Source: Betaproteobacteria bacterium
Lineage (GTDB): Bacteria > Pseudomonadota > Gammaproteobacteria > Burkholderiales > SG8-41
Assembly: GCA_023266235.1 (NCBI GenBank)
Contig: JAHFRL010000007.1
Coordinates: 15,007 to 79,006, forward strand
DNA length: 64,000 nt
Direction of reading: 5' to 3'
Below, one piece after another: positions 9,550 through 18,455 of the stretch (its first letter is position 1; each line of letters starts with the position of its first letter). Below the pieces are notes generated by a model. The model saw only the letters and a program-made list of their open reading frames with translations, was not told the origin of the DNA and did no database searches. Both the position numbers and the translations under genes were made by a program.

Positions 9550-10206
9550 TCATGCCGGGCTTCCCAGCCGTTGCTCAATCAGCTGCGCGCCATTGTCAGA
9601 CTTGATCTGGGATTGAACCCAGAACTCCCAGCTTACGCCCGGATGACGCGCGGCAATGTCCCGCACCAGGTCCTCCCACCATTCCACCGGCTTGATGGTG
9701 CAATGCGCGTTTTCGCCGCTCGGCAACCGTTTTCTTGCGGGATAGCACGCGACGTTGGCAAACACGAAACGGCGGGCATAGCCGAAGATCTCGTCCACGA
9801 TCCATCCCATGTCCTCTTCCGGGCAATGCTCGAGCACGTCGGTGCAGATCACGCCGTCGAATTTTCCTTCAGGCAGGCGGCTGAACTTCCCGTAGCACGG
9901 GTCGTAGCACTCCAGTTCATCGATATCCCAATAATCAATCACACTCGGCCACTGATTGCCGGCGGCGTCCTTGATGATGCGCGGCCCGTACTGCTGGCCT
10001 TTACCGCAGCCGTAATCGAGTATGGTTTGCGCGCCCGAGCGGGCGATCAGTTCCTTGATGCGATCCATTTGCGCATCGAGACTGAAACCGGGAAAGGTTT
10101 CCGCGGCGGGTGTGCCCAGAAACTGCTCGCCGTGCTGATGCATCTGTCGATACATGGCTTGCAGATCCAGGTAACGGCTGCTGGGGTTCGTTCTGCTGTA
10201 ATTCAT
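9550..10206 (-). CDS. class I SAM-dependent methyltransferase (paralogue of 2306..2956)
   Basis: ILDYGCGKGQQYGP and DGVICTDVLEHCPEEDMGWIV. I chose ATG 10206 (MNYSRTNPSSRYLDLQ) because the upstream gene ends at 10235. Confidence 0.8.
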   Translation of the reverse strand: MNYSRTNPSSRYLDLQAMYRQMHQHGEQFLGTPAAETFPGFSLDAQMDRIKELIARSGAQTILDYGCGKGQQYGPRIIKDAAGNQWPSVIDYWDIDELECYDPCYGKFSRLPEGKFDGVICTDVLEHCPEEDMGWIVDEIFGYARRFVFANVACYPARKRLPSGENAHCTIKPVEWWEDLVRDIAARHPGVSWEFWVQSQIKSDNGAQLIEQRLGSPA

Positions 10207-10234
10207 CACTGCGCTCACGTCCGAAATTCCTGAA

Positions 10235-12034
10235 TTAATGTGGCCGGGGAAGATCCCCCTGGACAAGATCACGCAATGATTGTGCCACATTGGCGATGAC
10301 CGGCCCCCATGCTGCATAGCCGGGCTGCCGGAAGATCCGTACCGAAGGATACCAAGGCATCTTTTCGCCGGCAATTCCATAACGCCACTCCGGACTGTAG
10401 GGTGCCATCACCCACACCGGCTTGCCGAGCGCGCCACCCAAGTGGATTACCGCGGTGCAAACGCTGATGACGAGGTCGAGCGCGCAGACCAGCGCCGCCG
10501 TTTCGTCGTATTCACGGCGCGCCTCCGGCCAATCCACGATCTTGAAACCGGTCGCCGCCTCGAGTTCCGCCAGCTCCGTGGCGCTATCCGCGTATTGCAG
10601 ATTCACGAACTGGACGCCGGGAACGTTCAGTATCGGCAGCCATTGCGCAAGCGGAATCGAGCGTGCCGTTTGACGTGACTTGGGCGTGCCGCCCTGCCAG
10701 GAAATGCCGGCCTTGAGGCCGGCTCCGCCCGCAGCCAACCGCCGGCGCCAAACATCGACCCGCGCCGGATCGGCGCGCAGGTAGCCTTGATGCTGCGGAA
10801 AATCCGCGCCGCTGCGGCGCAGATACTGCGGCAGGCTGCCCATCGCAATTTGCAACTCGATACCTTGATCGCGCACTATTGGTGGAAAATCCCGGCTCGG
10901 GGTGGTGGCATAAACCGTCGCTGACGGGAACGATCGCCGGAACAGCGTTTCGAGCTTCGGCGAACATTCCACCGCGCAATGACGGCTTGCCGCGATGACC
11001 TGCGGCAGGCAAGAGGCGAACATGATCTCGTCACCGAGGCCCTGTTCGGCATATACCAGCAGGCGGCGACCGGCAAGATCGATCCCGTCCCAGCGCGGAT
11101 AAGCGGCCGGCCGGCGCGGCTGATCGACGCTCCGCAACCGCAGGTCGTAGTCTTTCCAGCCGCGCGCAAAATCATGCTGCAATAAATAGGCAAGCGAGCG
11201 ATGCCATAACGCGAGTTCGAAGTCCGGCTTGAGCGCTAGCGCCCGATCGTAGCTGGCAATTGCCTCGTCGAGACGGCCCAGATCCTGCAATACGATACCG
11301 AGATTGTTGAAAAGCTCGGCATCGGAGTCGCGGCGCCTGCGCGCCCGCTCGTAATACTCAAGCGCTTTATCGGGGCAGTGCATTTTTTGCAGCGTGTAGC
11401 CCATGCATTTCAGGGCGTCATAAGCATCGGGACGCGCCAGCAGGACCTGGTTCAACCGCGCGAGCGCGGCGTCATACTGCTCAAGTTCGATCCATAGCAG
11501 GACGAGGTTGTTGAGTGCATCGGGCAAATCGGGTGCCAGCTCATAGGCGCGCAGGAAATGCCGCAGCGCATCCGCGCGCTTGCCGCTGCTCTGATAAATC
11601 AGGCCCAGATTGGAGTGGGTGGCCGCATTATCCGGAACGAGTTGCAGGGCGCGCTGGTAGCTCGCCACCGCCGCCTGCTTGTTTTCCTGCAGCAGGTAGA
11701 CATTGCCGAGCGCGGCGTGTGCATCGGCAAACTCGGGGTTGACACTAACCGCCTGTTGCAGATGGATAAATGCCTCCTGCAGCTGCTGCCGTTTGCCGAG
11801 CAGCGCCCCCAGCAGGTAATGCGCATCGACGCTGGCCGGGTCGATTTCAAGCGCGCGGCGGTAATGCCGCTGGGCAGCGCTGTCGTCACCGGCGCGCTGG
11901 CTGCGGTAGCCCTGCTGCAATACGGCGTCGAGCACCTGACGGTCGGCGCTGGCGGAGCGCGCTGCGCCATGGCGGAACAGGCGGGATAGCAAATTGGCGA
12001 GGATCACAAGGCGCCACAGGCATGAAGTTTGCAA
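10235..12034 (-). CDS. TPR-repeat protein with C-terminal GT9-like glycosyltransferase domain, paralogue 3
   Basis: TPR units include VDAHYLLGALLGKRQQLQEA and ADAHAALGNVYLLQENKQAA. It also has VYAEQGLGDEIMFASCLPQVI and LVISVCTAVIHLGGALGKPVWVMAP. The start is uncertain: TTG 12034 or GTG 12007 (ILANLLSRLFRHG). Confidence 0.75.
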   Translation of the reverse strand: MQTSCLWRLVILANLLSRLFRHGAARSASADRQVLDAVLQQGYRSQRAGDDSAAQRHYRRALEIDPASVDAHYLLGALLGKRQQLQEAFIHLQQAVSVNPEFADAHAALGNVYLLQENKQAAVASYQRALQLVPDNAATHSNLGLIYQSSGKRADALRHFLRAYELAPDLPDALNNLVLLWIELEQYDAALARLNQVLLARPDAYDALKCMGYTLQKMHCPDKALEYYERARRRRDSDAELFNNLGIVLQDLGRLDEAIASYDRALALKPDFELALWHRSLAYLLQHDFARGWKDYDLRLRSVDQPRRPAAYPRWDGIDLAGRRLLVYAEQGLGDEIMFASCLPQVIAASRHCAVECSPKLETLFRRSFPSATVYATTPSRDFPPIVRDQGIELQIAMGSLPQYLRRSGADFPQHQGYLRADPARVDVWRRRLAAGGAGLKAGISWQGGTPKSRQTARSIPLAQWLPILNVPGVQFVNLQYADSATELAELEAATGFKIVDWPEARREYDETAALVCALDLVISVCTAVIHLGGALGKPVWVMAPYSPEWRYGIAGEKMPWYPSVRIFRQPGYAAWGPVIANVAQSLRDLVQGDLPRPH

Positions 12035-12061
12035 CGCGGTATTATAAAAGGTTAAGCGCTA

Positions 12062-12091
12062 TTGACGCGGGAAATGCTTCAATCCGATAAT
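12062..12091 (+). promoter_or_regulatory. candidate sigma70-type promoter for the plus-strand FkbM operon
   Basis: TTGACG (12062-12067), an 18-nt spacer, then GATAAT (12086-12091), about 100 nt upstream of ATG 12191 in the divergent intergenic region. Pattern match only. Confidence 0.3.
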
Positions 12092-12190
12092 GTAACCAAT
12101 TATTTCTTAAAGAAAACCTCGGGAACTGCCGAAGCGGAGCAGCGTGCTGCTCGGGAAAATTAGGTGGGGTTGCCCGTCATCATCTGATCA

Positions 12191-13036
12191 ATGAGTGTCT
12201 TCCGCGTATTGCTGTGGCCGTTCCGCCACTACGGCCGGCCGGCCGCGTCTCCGGCTGTGCCGACGGCGTTACCGGCGCTCACGCTCGAGCAATACGAAAG
12301 GCTCGCGCCGGCCCAGAAATTGCGCGAGGGCGATATCGACGTCATCTATGCAACACCGAACACGGCCACCAAGTGGCGGGTCGACAGCCTGTTTACCAAG
12401 GAGCCCGACACCATAGAATGGATACGCGGTTTCCGGCCCGGCGAAATACTGGTCGATATCGGCGCCAATGTCGGAATGTACACGATCTGGGCCGCCAAAA
12501 CGCGTGGCGTCAAGGTATATGCCTTTGAACCTGAGTCCCAGAACTATGCGCTGCTGTATAAGAACATCGTGCGCAACGACCTCGCGCAGCAGGTCGTCGC
12601 TTATTGCGTGGCGTTGTCCGATGAGACCGGTTACTCGCTGCTGCATCTGAGCGAATTCCACCTCGGAGGCTCATGCCATACCTTCGGGGAAAAAGTCGAT
12701 TACAAGCTCGAGCGGCGCGAATCGAAAGTATCCCAGGGCTGCGTTTCGACGACACTCGATCAGCTGATCGAGTCCGGCGTGGTCGCGCCGCCGGATTACA
12801 TCAAGATCGATGTCGACGGATTTGAGCATAAGGTGCTGGCCGGCTGTCGCAATGTATTGGCCAACCCTCGACTGAAATCAATTCTGGTCGAAATCAATAC
12901 CAACCTGGAGCAGCATCGCAAGATCATCACCGACTTGAAAGAACTGGGCTTCACCTATTCAGAGCAACAAGCGGCAACAGCGTTGCGCACCGAGGGCGCC
13001 TTTAAGGGTGTCGGCAATCATGTCTTCCGCCGTTGA
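12191..13036 (+). CDS. FkbM-family methyltransferase
   Basis: ILVDIGANVGMYTIWAAKTRGVKVYAFEPESQNYALLYKNI and DYIKIDVDGFEHKVLAG. ATG start. Confidence 0.8.
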   Translation: MSVFRVLLWPFRHYGRPAASPAVPTALPALTLEQYERLAPAQKLREGDIDVIYATPNTATKWRVDSLFTKEPDTIEWIRGFRPGEILVDIGANVGMYTIWAAKTRGVKVYAFEPESQNYALLYKNIVRNDLAQQVVAYCVALSDETGYSLLHLSEFHLGGSCHTFGEKVDYKLERRESKVSQGCVSTTLDQLIESGVVAPPDYIKIDVDGFEHKVLAGCRNVLANPRLKSILVEINTNLEQHRKIITDLKELGFTYSEQQAATALRTEGAFKGVGNHVFRR

Positions 13037-13820
13037 AGAACATGTGATTTATCAGATCTCCAACGCGCCGATGCGCGAGTACCCGTACCCGCATATCTAC
13101 GTCGAAAACGTATTCCCGGCAGACTTCTATGCGCAACTGCGCGCCAACTGGCCGGATTCGTCGGCGCTGGTGAGCATTCCCGAAACCGGCCGCGTCTCCA
13201 AAGGCATGTATGCGGAACGATTCGTGCTGCCGTTCAACGCCGATGGCATCATGAAGCTGCCGGAAGCACGACGCGAATTCTGGATCGAATTTGGCAATTG
13301 GTTCATGACCAGCCATTTCCTTGGTTCCATGGTCGCCAAGTTCGACCGGTATGTCAGGGAGCGGTTCGGTGATGAAGTCTATCGCTACAGTTTCGAGGCA
13401 GACTCGCTGGTGGTGCGCGACATGACGAATTACGCAATCGGGCCGCATACTGACGCACCGCACCGACTGCTGTCGATGTTGTTTTATTGCCCGGACGACG
13501 ACAGCATGAAGCATCTGGGCACGTCCGTCTACGTGCCACTCGATCGCGAGTTCCGCTGCGAGGGCGGGCCGCACTACCCGCACAATCGATTCCAGAAAGT
13601 CATGACCATGGAGTACAAGCCGAACTCCCTGTGTGCGTTTTTCAAAAATGACCGCTCATTCCACGGTGTCGAGCCGATAAGCGATCAGGATGTGCAGCGT
13701 GATGTACTGCTTTACGATATCCGCGTTGTGCCGCCGAAAAACGGCAGGCCCGTCGTCGCGACACCGCGCAGCATGGGCCTCAAAATACTGCAGCGATTAT
13801 TCGGCAGCAGTCAGAAGTGA
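13020..13820 (+). CDS. hypothetical protein, possible 2OG-Fe(II) oxygenase fold
   Basis: ORF 13008..13820. ATG 13020 overlaps the end of the FkbM gene by 17 nt. A candidate HxD...H facial triad is present: NYAIGPHTDAPHRLLSMLFY and DRSFHGVEP. The fold assignment is tentative. Confidence 0.55.
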   Translation: MSSAVEEHVIYQISNAPMREYPYPHIYVENVFPADFYAQLRANWPDSSALVSIPETGRVSKGMYAERFVLPFNADGIMKLPEARREFWIEFGNWFMTSHFLGSMVAKFDRYVRERFGDEVYRYSFEADSLVVRDMTNYAIGPHTDAPHRLLSMLFYCPDDDSMKHLGTSVYVPLDREFRCEGGPHYPHNRFQKVMTMEYKPNSLCAFFKNDRSFHGVEPISDQDVQRDVLLYDIRVVPPKNGRPVVATPRSMGLKILQRLFGSSQK

Positions 13821-13842
13821 ATTTTTTTACTGGAGTCCAGTG

Positions 13843-14157
13843 ATGGCATTATTCGGATCGGTATCGGGTAAGGATGTTGACGCATTTGCCAAGACCCTCG
13901 CGCAGGAACTCGCCAAGCGCTATCCGCCAGCGCTCGATAAAGGCAGCGAGCGCAAGATCTCACAGAAACGGCTGACCAGCATACTTGAGGATACGTTCAC
14001 CCGCGCGCTGGAGTTCAAGAAACAGCACAAACTGGGCGTCTATAAGAAAGCCCGCCTCGGTAATACCTTCCGCTGGGAGTTGCAGGAAATGGGCTTCACC
14101 GAGAAATTCGTCGAAGTCGCGACCGAAGGCCTGATCGTTTACATCACCCGCAAGTAG
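13843..14157 (+). CDS. small hypothetical protein (104 aa)
   Basis: ATG 13843 is preceded by tggag at 13831-13835. MALFGSVSGKDVDAFAKTLAQELAKRYPPALDKG...VEVATEGLIVYITRK has a protein-like composition. I recognise no family. Confidence 0.5.
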   Translation: MALFGSVSGKDVDAFAKTLAQELAKRYPPALDKGSERKISQKRLTSILEDTFTRALEFKKQHKLGVYKKARLGNTFRWELQEMGFTEKFVEVATEGLIVYITRK

Positions 14158-14160
14158 CGG

Positions 14161-14201
14161 GCTGAGAGGCGGAACAGGGGCCCCCCTTGTGGGGATGTGA
14201 C
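14161..14201. repeat. short intergenic repeat, motif 2 followed by motif 1
   Basis: GCTGAGAGGCGGAACAGG (14161-14178), 7 nt, then CTTGTGGGGATGTGAC (14186-14201). It starts right after the stop of the 104-aa ORF. See the copies at 9326 and 9459. Confidence 0.5.
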
Positions 14202-14325
14202 CCTCGAAGCACGCAAGGCGACCGACACGACACCGCTCGCTTATCGCCCACACCGGTTCGGAGGTCGCGCGGGAGCTGTTGACCGGGGCGCCCGGTTGCG
14301 AGGATGCGGCGCGTGGCCGCACCGA

Positions 14326-15984
14326 CTAAGGCGCAGGCGGAGGAACGTAACCGGGAATCTTCGACGGATCGATTTCGTCGATCTGGTGCGCGTCCATGTA
14401 CTGCTGGGCGTATTTCAGATAGACCTTTTCCCACATGAACACGTCGAACAGATCCGGGTCGATGTGCCCGCCGAGCTTGAACTTGCCGAGTATCGAGAGC
14501 GACTCCGACAGCGTCTTGCCCTTCTTGTAGGGCCGGTCTTTCGCCGTGAGCGCCTCGAAGATGTCGGCGATGCCCATGCAGCGCGCCTGCACCGACATCT
14601 GCTCGCGCGTAAGTCCGCGCGGGTAGCCCTTGCCGTCCATGCGCTCGTGATGGCCTCCCGCATATTCAGGCACGTTCTTGAGATGCTTCGGCCACGGCAA
14701 GGCCTCGAGCATCTCGATCGTCACCTCGATGTGGTGGTTGATGATCTGGCGCTCCGCGGCGGTCAGCGTGCCGGCACGTATCGTCATGTTCTCGAGTTCG
14801 TCGTTGCTCAGAAAGTCGGCCTGGTTGCCCTCGATGTCGCGCCAGCGGTACTTGGTCGAGATCTGTTTCACCCGCTCCATGTCCTCCGGCTTCATGGCCT
14901 CGCCGCCAACGTTGCAGAAGCGCAGGAATTCCCGGTCTTGATTGATCTCGCGCATCCGCAGTTCAAAACCGCTCTCGATATCGTGCAGCGCCTGCCTGTC
15001 GCCTTTTTCCAGCGCCTCCAGCTTGGCTTTAAGCAGCGCGATTTCCGTGTCGCGCCTGACCACCTCGAAGCGCGTATCGAGGAGGCCGATGCGGTCGAAA
15101 ATCGTGTGCATCTTGGTCGCCTTGTCGACCACGTGCACCGGTGTCGTGACCTTGCCGCAATCATGCAGGAGCCCCGCAATCTTGAGCTCGTAGCGATCCT
15201 TGTCGCTCATCGTGAAACTCTTGAGCGGTCCGACCTGAACGTTGTTGACCGCCTCCGCCAGCAGCATCGTCAGCAGCGGCACGCGCTCGCAATGCCCGGC
15301 GGTATACGGCGACTTGTCGTCGATTGCCGCGTTGATCAGGTTGATGAACGACTCGAACAGGTTTTCGAGGTGATTGATCAGCAGCCGGTTGGTGAGCGCA
15401 ATCGCCGCCTGCGAGGCGAGCGATTCGGCAAGCCGCTGGTCGGCTTCCGAGAACGGGACGATCGCTCCCGAGACCGGGTCCTTGGCGTTGAGCAGTTGCA
15501 GCACGCCGATGATCTCGTTCTCGTGGTTCTTCATCGGCACCGTGAGAAACGATTGTGAACGGTAGCCGGTCTTCTTGTCGAAGCTCTTGGTGCCGGAAAA
15601 ATCGAACCCTTCCTGGGTATAGGCATCCGCGATGTTCACCGACTTGTCGTGGTGCACGGCGTACGCCGCAACCATCGAGGTCACCGGCTTGCCTTCCTGG
15701 TCGTGGAGCTGAAGCGGGTAAAACGGGATCTCTGCCCCGGTGGTGCCCCCCATCGCGATGCCTAGGGTGTCATTGCGCATGATCTCGAATTTCAGGGTGC
15801 GCTCCTCGGTCATGCGGTAGAGCGTTCCGCCGTCGGCGTGAGTGATCTTCTGCGCGGCAACCAGAATCGCTTCCAGCAGCCGGTTGATGTCGGTTTCTTT
15901 GGACAGCGCGACGCCGATCTGGTTGAGCTGCTCCAGCCGCTCGAACAGATTGGTGGGGTCCGGCAGGTGCTGCATCTGGTTCAT
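14326..15984 (-). CDS. GAF domain / HD-GYP domain phosphodiesterase
   Basis: The N-terminal ~190 aa look like a GAF domain (ITHADGGTLYRM...IGVLQLLNAKD). The HD motif is LLHDCGKV and the GYP motif is GGHHERMDGKGYPRGL. An unusually long stretch of about 180 aa separates HD from HHE-GYP. Confidence 0.85.
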   Translation of the reverse strand: MNQMQHLPDPTNLFERLEQLNQIGVALSKETDINRLLEAILVAAQKITHADGGTLYRMTEERTLKFEIMRNDTLGIAMGGTTGAEIPFYPLQLHDQEGKPVTSMVAAYAVHHDKSVNIADAYTQEGFDFSGTKSFDKKTGYRSQSFLTVPMKNHENEIIGVLQLLNAKDPVSGAIVPFSEADQRLAESLASQAAIALTNRLLINHLENLFESFINLINAAIDDKSPYTAGHCERVPLLTMLLAEAVNNVQVGPLKSFTMSDKDRYELKIAGLLHDCGKVTTPVHVVDKATKMHTIFDRIGLLDTRFEVVRRDTEIALLKAKLEALEKGDRQALHDIESGFELRMREINQDREFLRFCNVGGEAMKPEDMERVKQISTKYRWRDIEGNQADFLSNDELENMTIRAGTLTAAERQIINHHIEVTIEMLEALPWPKHLKNVPEYAGGHHERMDGKGYPRGLTREQMSVQARCMGIADIFEALTAKDRPYKKGKTLSESLSILGKFKLGGHIDPDLFDVFMWEKVYLKYAQQYMDAHQIDEIDPSKIPGYVPPPAP

Positions 15985-16000
15985 CGCGTCGCCAGCCCGG

Positions 16001-18382
16001 CTACTTGATGCAGACCGCGCGCACCTGGTGCATGTCGGCGACGCCCATCAGCACCTTCTCGATGCCATCCTGTTTCAGCGTGCGCATCCCGGTCTCGAGC
16101 GCAGTCGCGAACATTTCGGCCACCCGTGCGTGCTCCTGGATGTTTTTCTTGATCTGATCGGTGCCGATCAGCAACTCGTGCAGGCCGACCCGTCCCTTGT
16201 AGCCGGTGTCGCCGCAAACTTCGCAGCCGGCCTTTTCATACAGCGTGATCTCGCCTTTGTCGTTGCCGAACTCTTTGAGCCATTCCTTGAGTTGCTTGTC
16301 CTTGGCGGCCTTCAAGTCTTTCTTCCAGGTTTCAGTATGCACCATTTCGAGCGAATACTCATCCAGCAGCGCGCGCAATTCCTCCTGCGTCGCAACGTGC
16401 GGCTGCTTGCATTTGCCGCACAGGCGCTTGGCAAGACGCTGCGCCAGGATGCCGAGCAACGCGTCGGCGAAGTTGAACGGGTCCATGCCCATGTCGAGCA
16501 AGCGGATGATCGATTCCGGCGCCGAGTTGGTATGCAACGTGGCAAACACCAGGTGGCCGGTGAGCGACGCCTCAATGCCGGTCGACACGGTTTCCTTGTC
16601 GCGCATCTCACCGACCATGATGATGTCCGGGTCGGCGCGCAGAAAGGCCTTCATCGCGATCGCAAACGTCAGCCCGGCTTTCGGGTTCATCTGCACCTGG
16701 CGCAGCCCCCGCTGCGTGATCTCGACCGGGTCTTCCGCAGTCCAGATCTTGGTGTCCGGCGTGTTCAGATAGCCGAGTACCGAATGCAGCGTGGTCGTCT
16801 TGCCGGAGCCGGTCGGGCCGCACACGAAAAACAGTCCATACGGCTTCGAAACCGTGGCCTTGCACTGCTCCAGGTTGTACTTGGACAGGCCCAGCTTGTC
16901 GAGCGGAATCGGCTCGCCGGCGGCGAGAATACGCATCACGATGTCTTCGACCCCGCCCTGCGAAGGGATGGTTGCCACCCGCAGCTCGATGTCGAGGGGG
17001 CCGAACTTCTTGAACTTGATCTTGCCGTCCTGCGGCTTGCGCCGCTCCGAGATGTCGAGGTCGCACATGATCTTCAGGCGTGCCGCAATCGCGCTGCGAT
17101 AGGCTGCCGGCACCGAGATGTAATTCGCCAGCGAGCCGTCCTTGCGGAAGCGGATTTCAGTCTTGCCCTTGCCTGGATAAGGCTCGATGTGGATATCCGA
17201 TGCGCCCTGCTTGTAGGCGTCGATGATAACCTTGTTGACGAGCTTGACGACCTCGTTGTCCGAGGCCGCCGACGCGACGTCTTCCGCGCTTTCCTCGCCC
17301 TCGTCCGTCATGTCGGACAGCAAATCACCGATTGACGAACCGTCGTCGGCAACGCCTCCCGCCGCACCAGTACTTCCAAAGAACAGGTCGAGTGTCGCGT
17401 TGAACTCGCGGTTGCAGCACACCTTGTAGATGATCTTGCTTTTCGGATAGACGTTGTTGACGACCTTGGAACCGCGGATTTTTTCCGGATCGGTCGTCAG
17501 CACGAGAATGCCGTCCTTGGTGTCGTCGATCGGCATCCACATGCTGCTTTCGATGAATTCGCGGCTCATGTTCTTCATCAGATCGATCGGCTTCACCCGG
17601 TCCGCCTTGTGCGGCTCGTAGGGAACGCTGAAATACGCCGCGAGCGCTTCGCCGATCGCGTTCAACTTGACCTGAAACTCGTCGATCAGCACCGTTTCGA
17701 CGTCGAGGTTCTTGCGCCGCGCCGAGCGCGCCGCAAGCTCGAGTTCCTCGGCCGAGATCACGGCATTGGAAACCAGGTGGTCGTATTTGCCCTTGACCAT
17801 CATGGCCGGTTTCTGGCGCTGGCGGAACGCGATCGCCAGCGTCTCGCACATGTGCGCCGCGCCCTCCTCCATCAGCGGCGGGAACGGCTGGCCGGCCTTG
17901 GAGTTGATGATCTGCACCACGCCGATCAATTCCTTGCTCTGCGCATCGACCACCGGCGCCACCAGCATCTGCTTGGTGCGATAGCCGGTCTTGGTGTCGA
18001 CCTGCTTCAGGAAATTGAGGTGCGGACTGTAGGTCTTGAGTTCCTTCTCGTCGTAGACGTCGCGGATATTGATCATCTTCTTGTTCACCGCGACGCAGCC
18101 GGCAATGCTCTGCTCGGCGATCGGCAGCTTCAAATCCTTGAACGAATGGAGGCCGGTCTTGACTTTCGAGACAATCGAGGTCTTGTCCTCGCTGACGAGA
18201 TAGATCGTGAGCCGGTCGGCATTGAACAGGTCGCAGATTTCCTGGCCCAGCTCGAGCATGATCTCGTCGATATTGCTGGTCGCGTGGATCTTGTTGGTGA
18301 CCGACTGCAGGCCTTTCGAGAAATTCAGCTTCTCGGCGAGGTTATCCTGCGCTGCGGGTTTGGTTTCGAGTACGGTACTCAT
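16001..18382 (-). CDS. GspE/PilB-family (type II secretion / type IV pilus) ATPase with N-terminal GAF domain
   Basis: GAF-like N-terminus (ICDLFNADRLTIYLV...LIGVVQIINSK). A T2SSE_N-like segment follows (LVSNAVISAEELELAA...EALAAYFSVPYEP). The ATPase core has Walker A FFVCGPTGSGKTTTL, IIMVGEMRDKET, the His box ATLHTNSAPESIIRLLDMG and the tetracysteine CGKCKQ...CEVCGDTGYKGR. Confidence 0.9.
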   Translation of the reverse strand: MSTVLETKPAAQDNLAEKLNFSKGLQSVTNKIHATSNIDEIMLELGQEICDLFNADRLTIYLVSEDKTSIVSKVKTGLHSFKDLKLPIAEQSIAGCVAVNKKMINIRDVYDEKELKTYSPHLNFLKQVDTKTGYRTKQMLVAPVVDAQSKELIGVVQIINSKAGQPFPPLMEEGAAHMCETLAIAFRQRQKPAMMVKGKYDHLVSNAVISAEELELAARSARRKNLDVETVLIDEFQVKLNAIGEALAAYFSVPYEPHKADRVKPIDLMKNMSREFIESSMWMPIDDTKDGILVLTTDPEKIRGSKVVNNVYPKSKIIYKVCCNREFNATLDLFFGSTGAAGGVADDGSSIGDLLSDMTDEGEESAEDVASAASDNEVVKLVNKVIIDAYKQGASDIHIEPYPGKGKTEIRFRKDGSLANYISVPAAYRSAIAARLKIMCDLDISERRKPQDGKIKFKKFGPLDIELRVATIPSQGGVEDIVMRILAAGEPIPLDKLGLSKYNLEQCKATVSKPYGLFFVCGPTGSGKTTTLHSVLGYLNTPDTKIWTAEDPVEITQRGLRQVQMNPKAGLTFAIAMKAFLRADPDIIMVGEMRDKETVSTGIEASLTGHLVFATLHTNSAPESIIRLLDMGMDPFNFADALLGILAQRLAKRLCGKCKQPHVATQEELRALLDEYSLEMVHTETWKKDLKAAKDKQLKEWLKEFGNDKGEITLYEKAGCEVCGDTGYKGRVGLHELLIGTDQIKKNIQEHARVAEMFATALETGMRTLKQDGIEKVLMGVADMHQVRAVCIK

Positions 18383-18455
18383 GGCGGCTCATCCCCTCAT
18401 CTGGCGCTCATACCAAAAACTGCTGTGACAAATCCCATGTCAATCTGCCGGCTGC

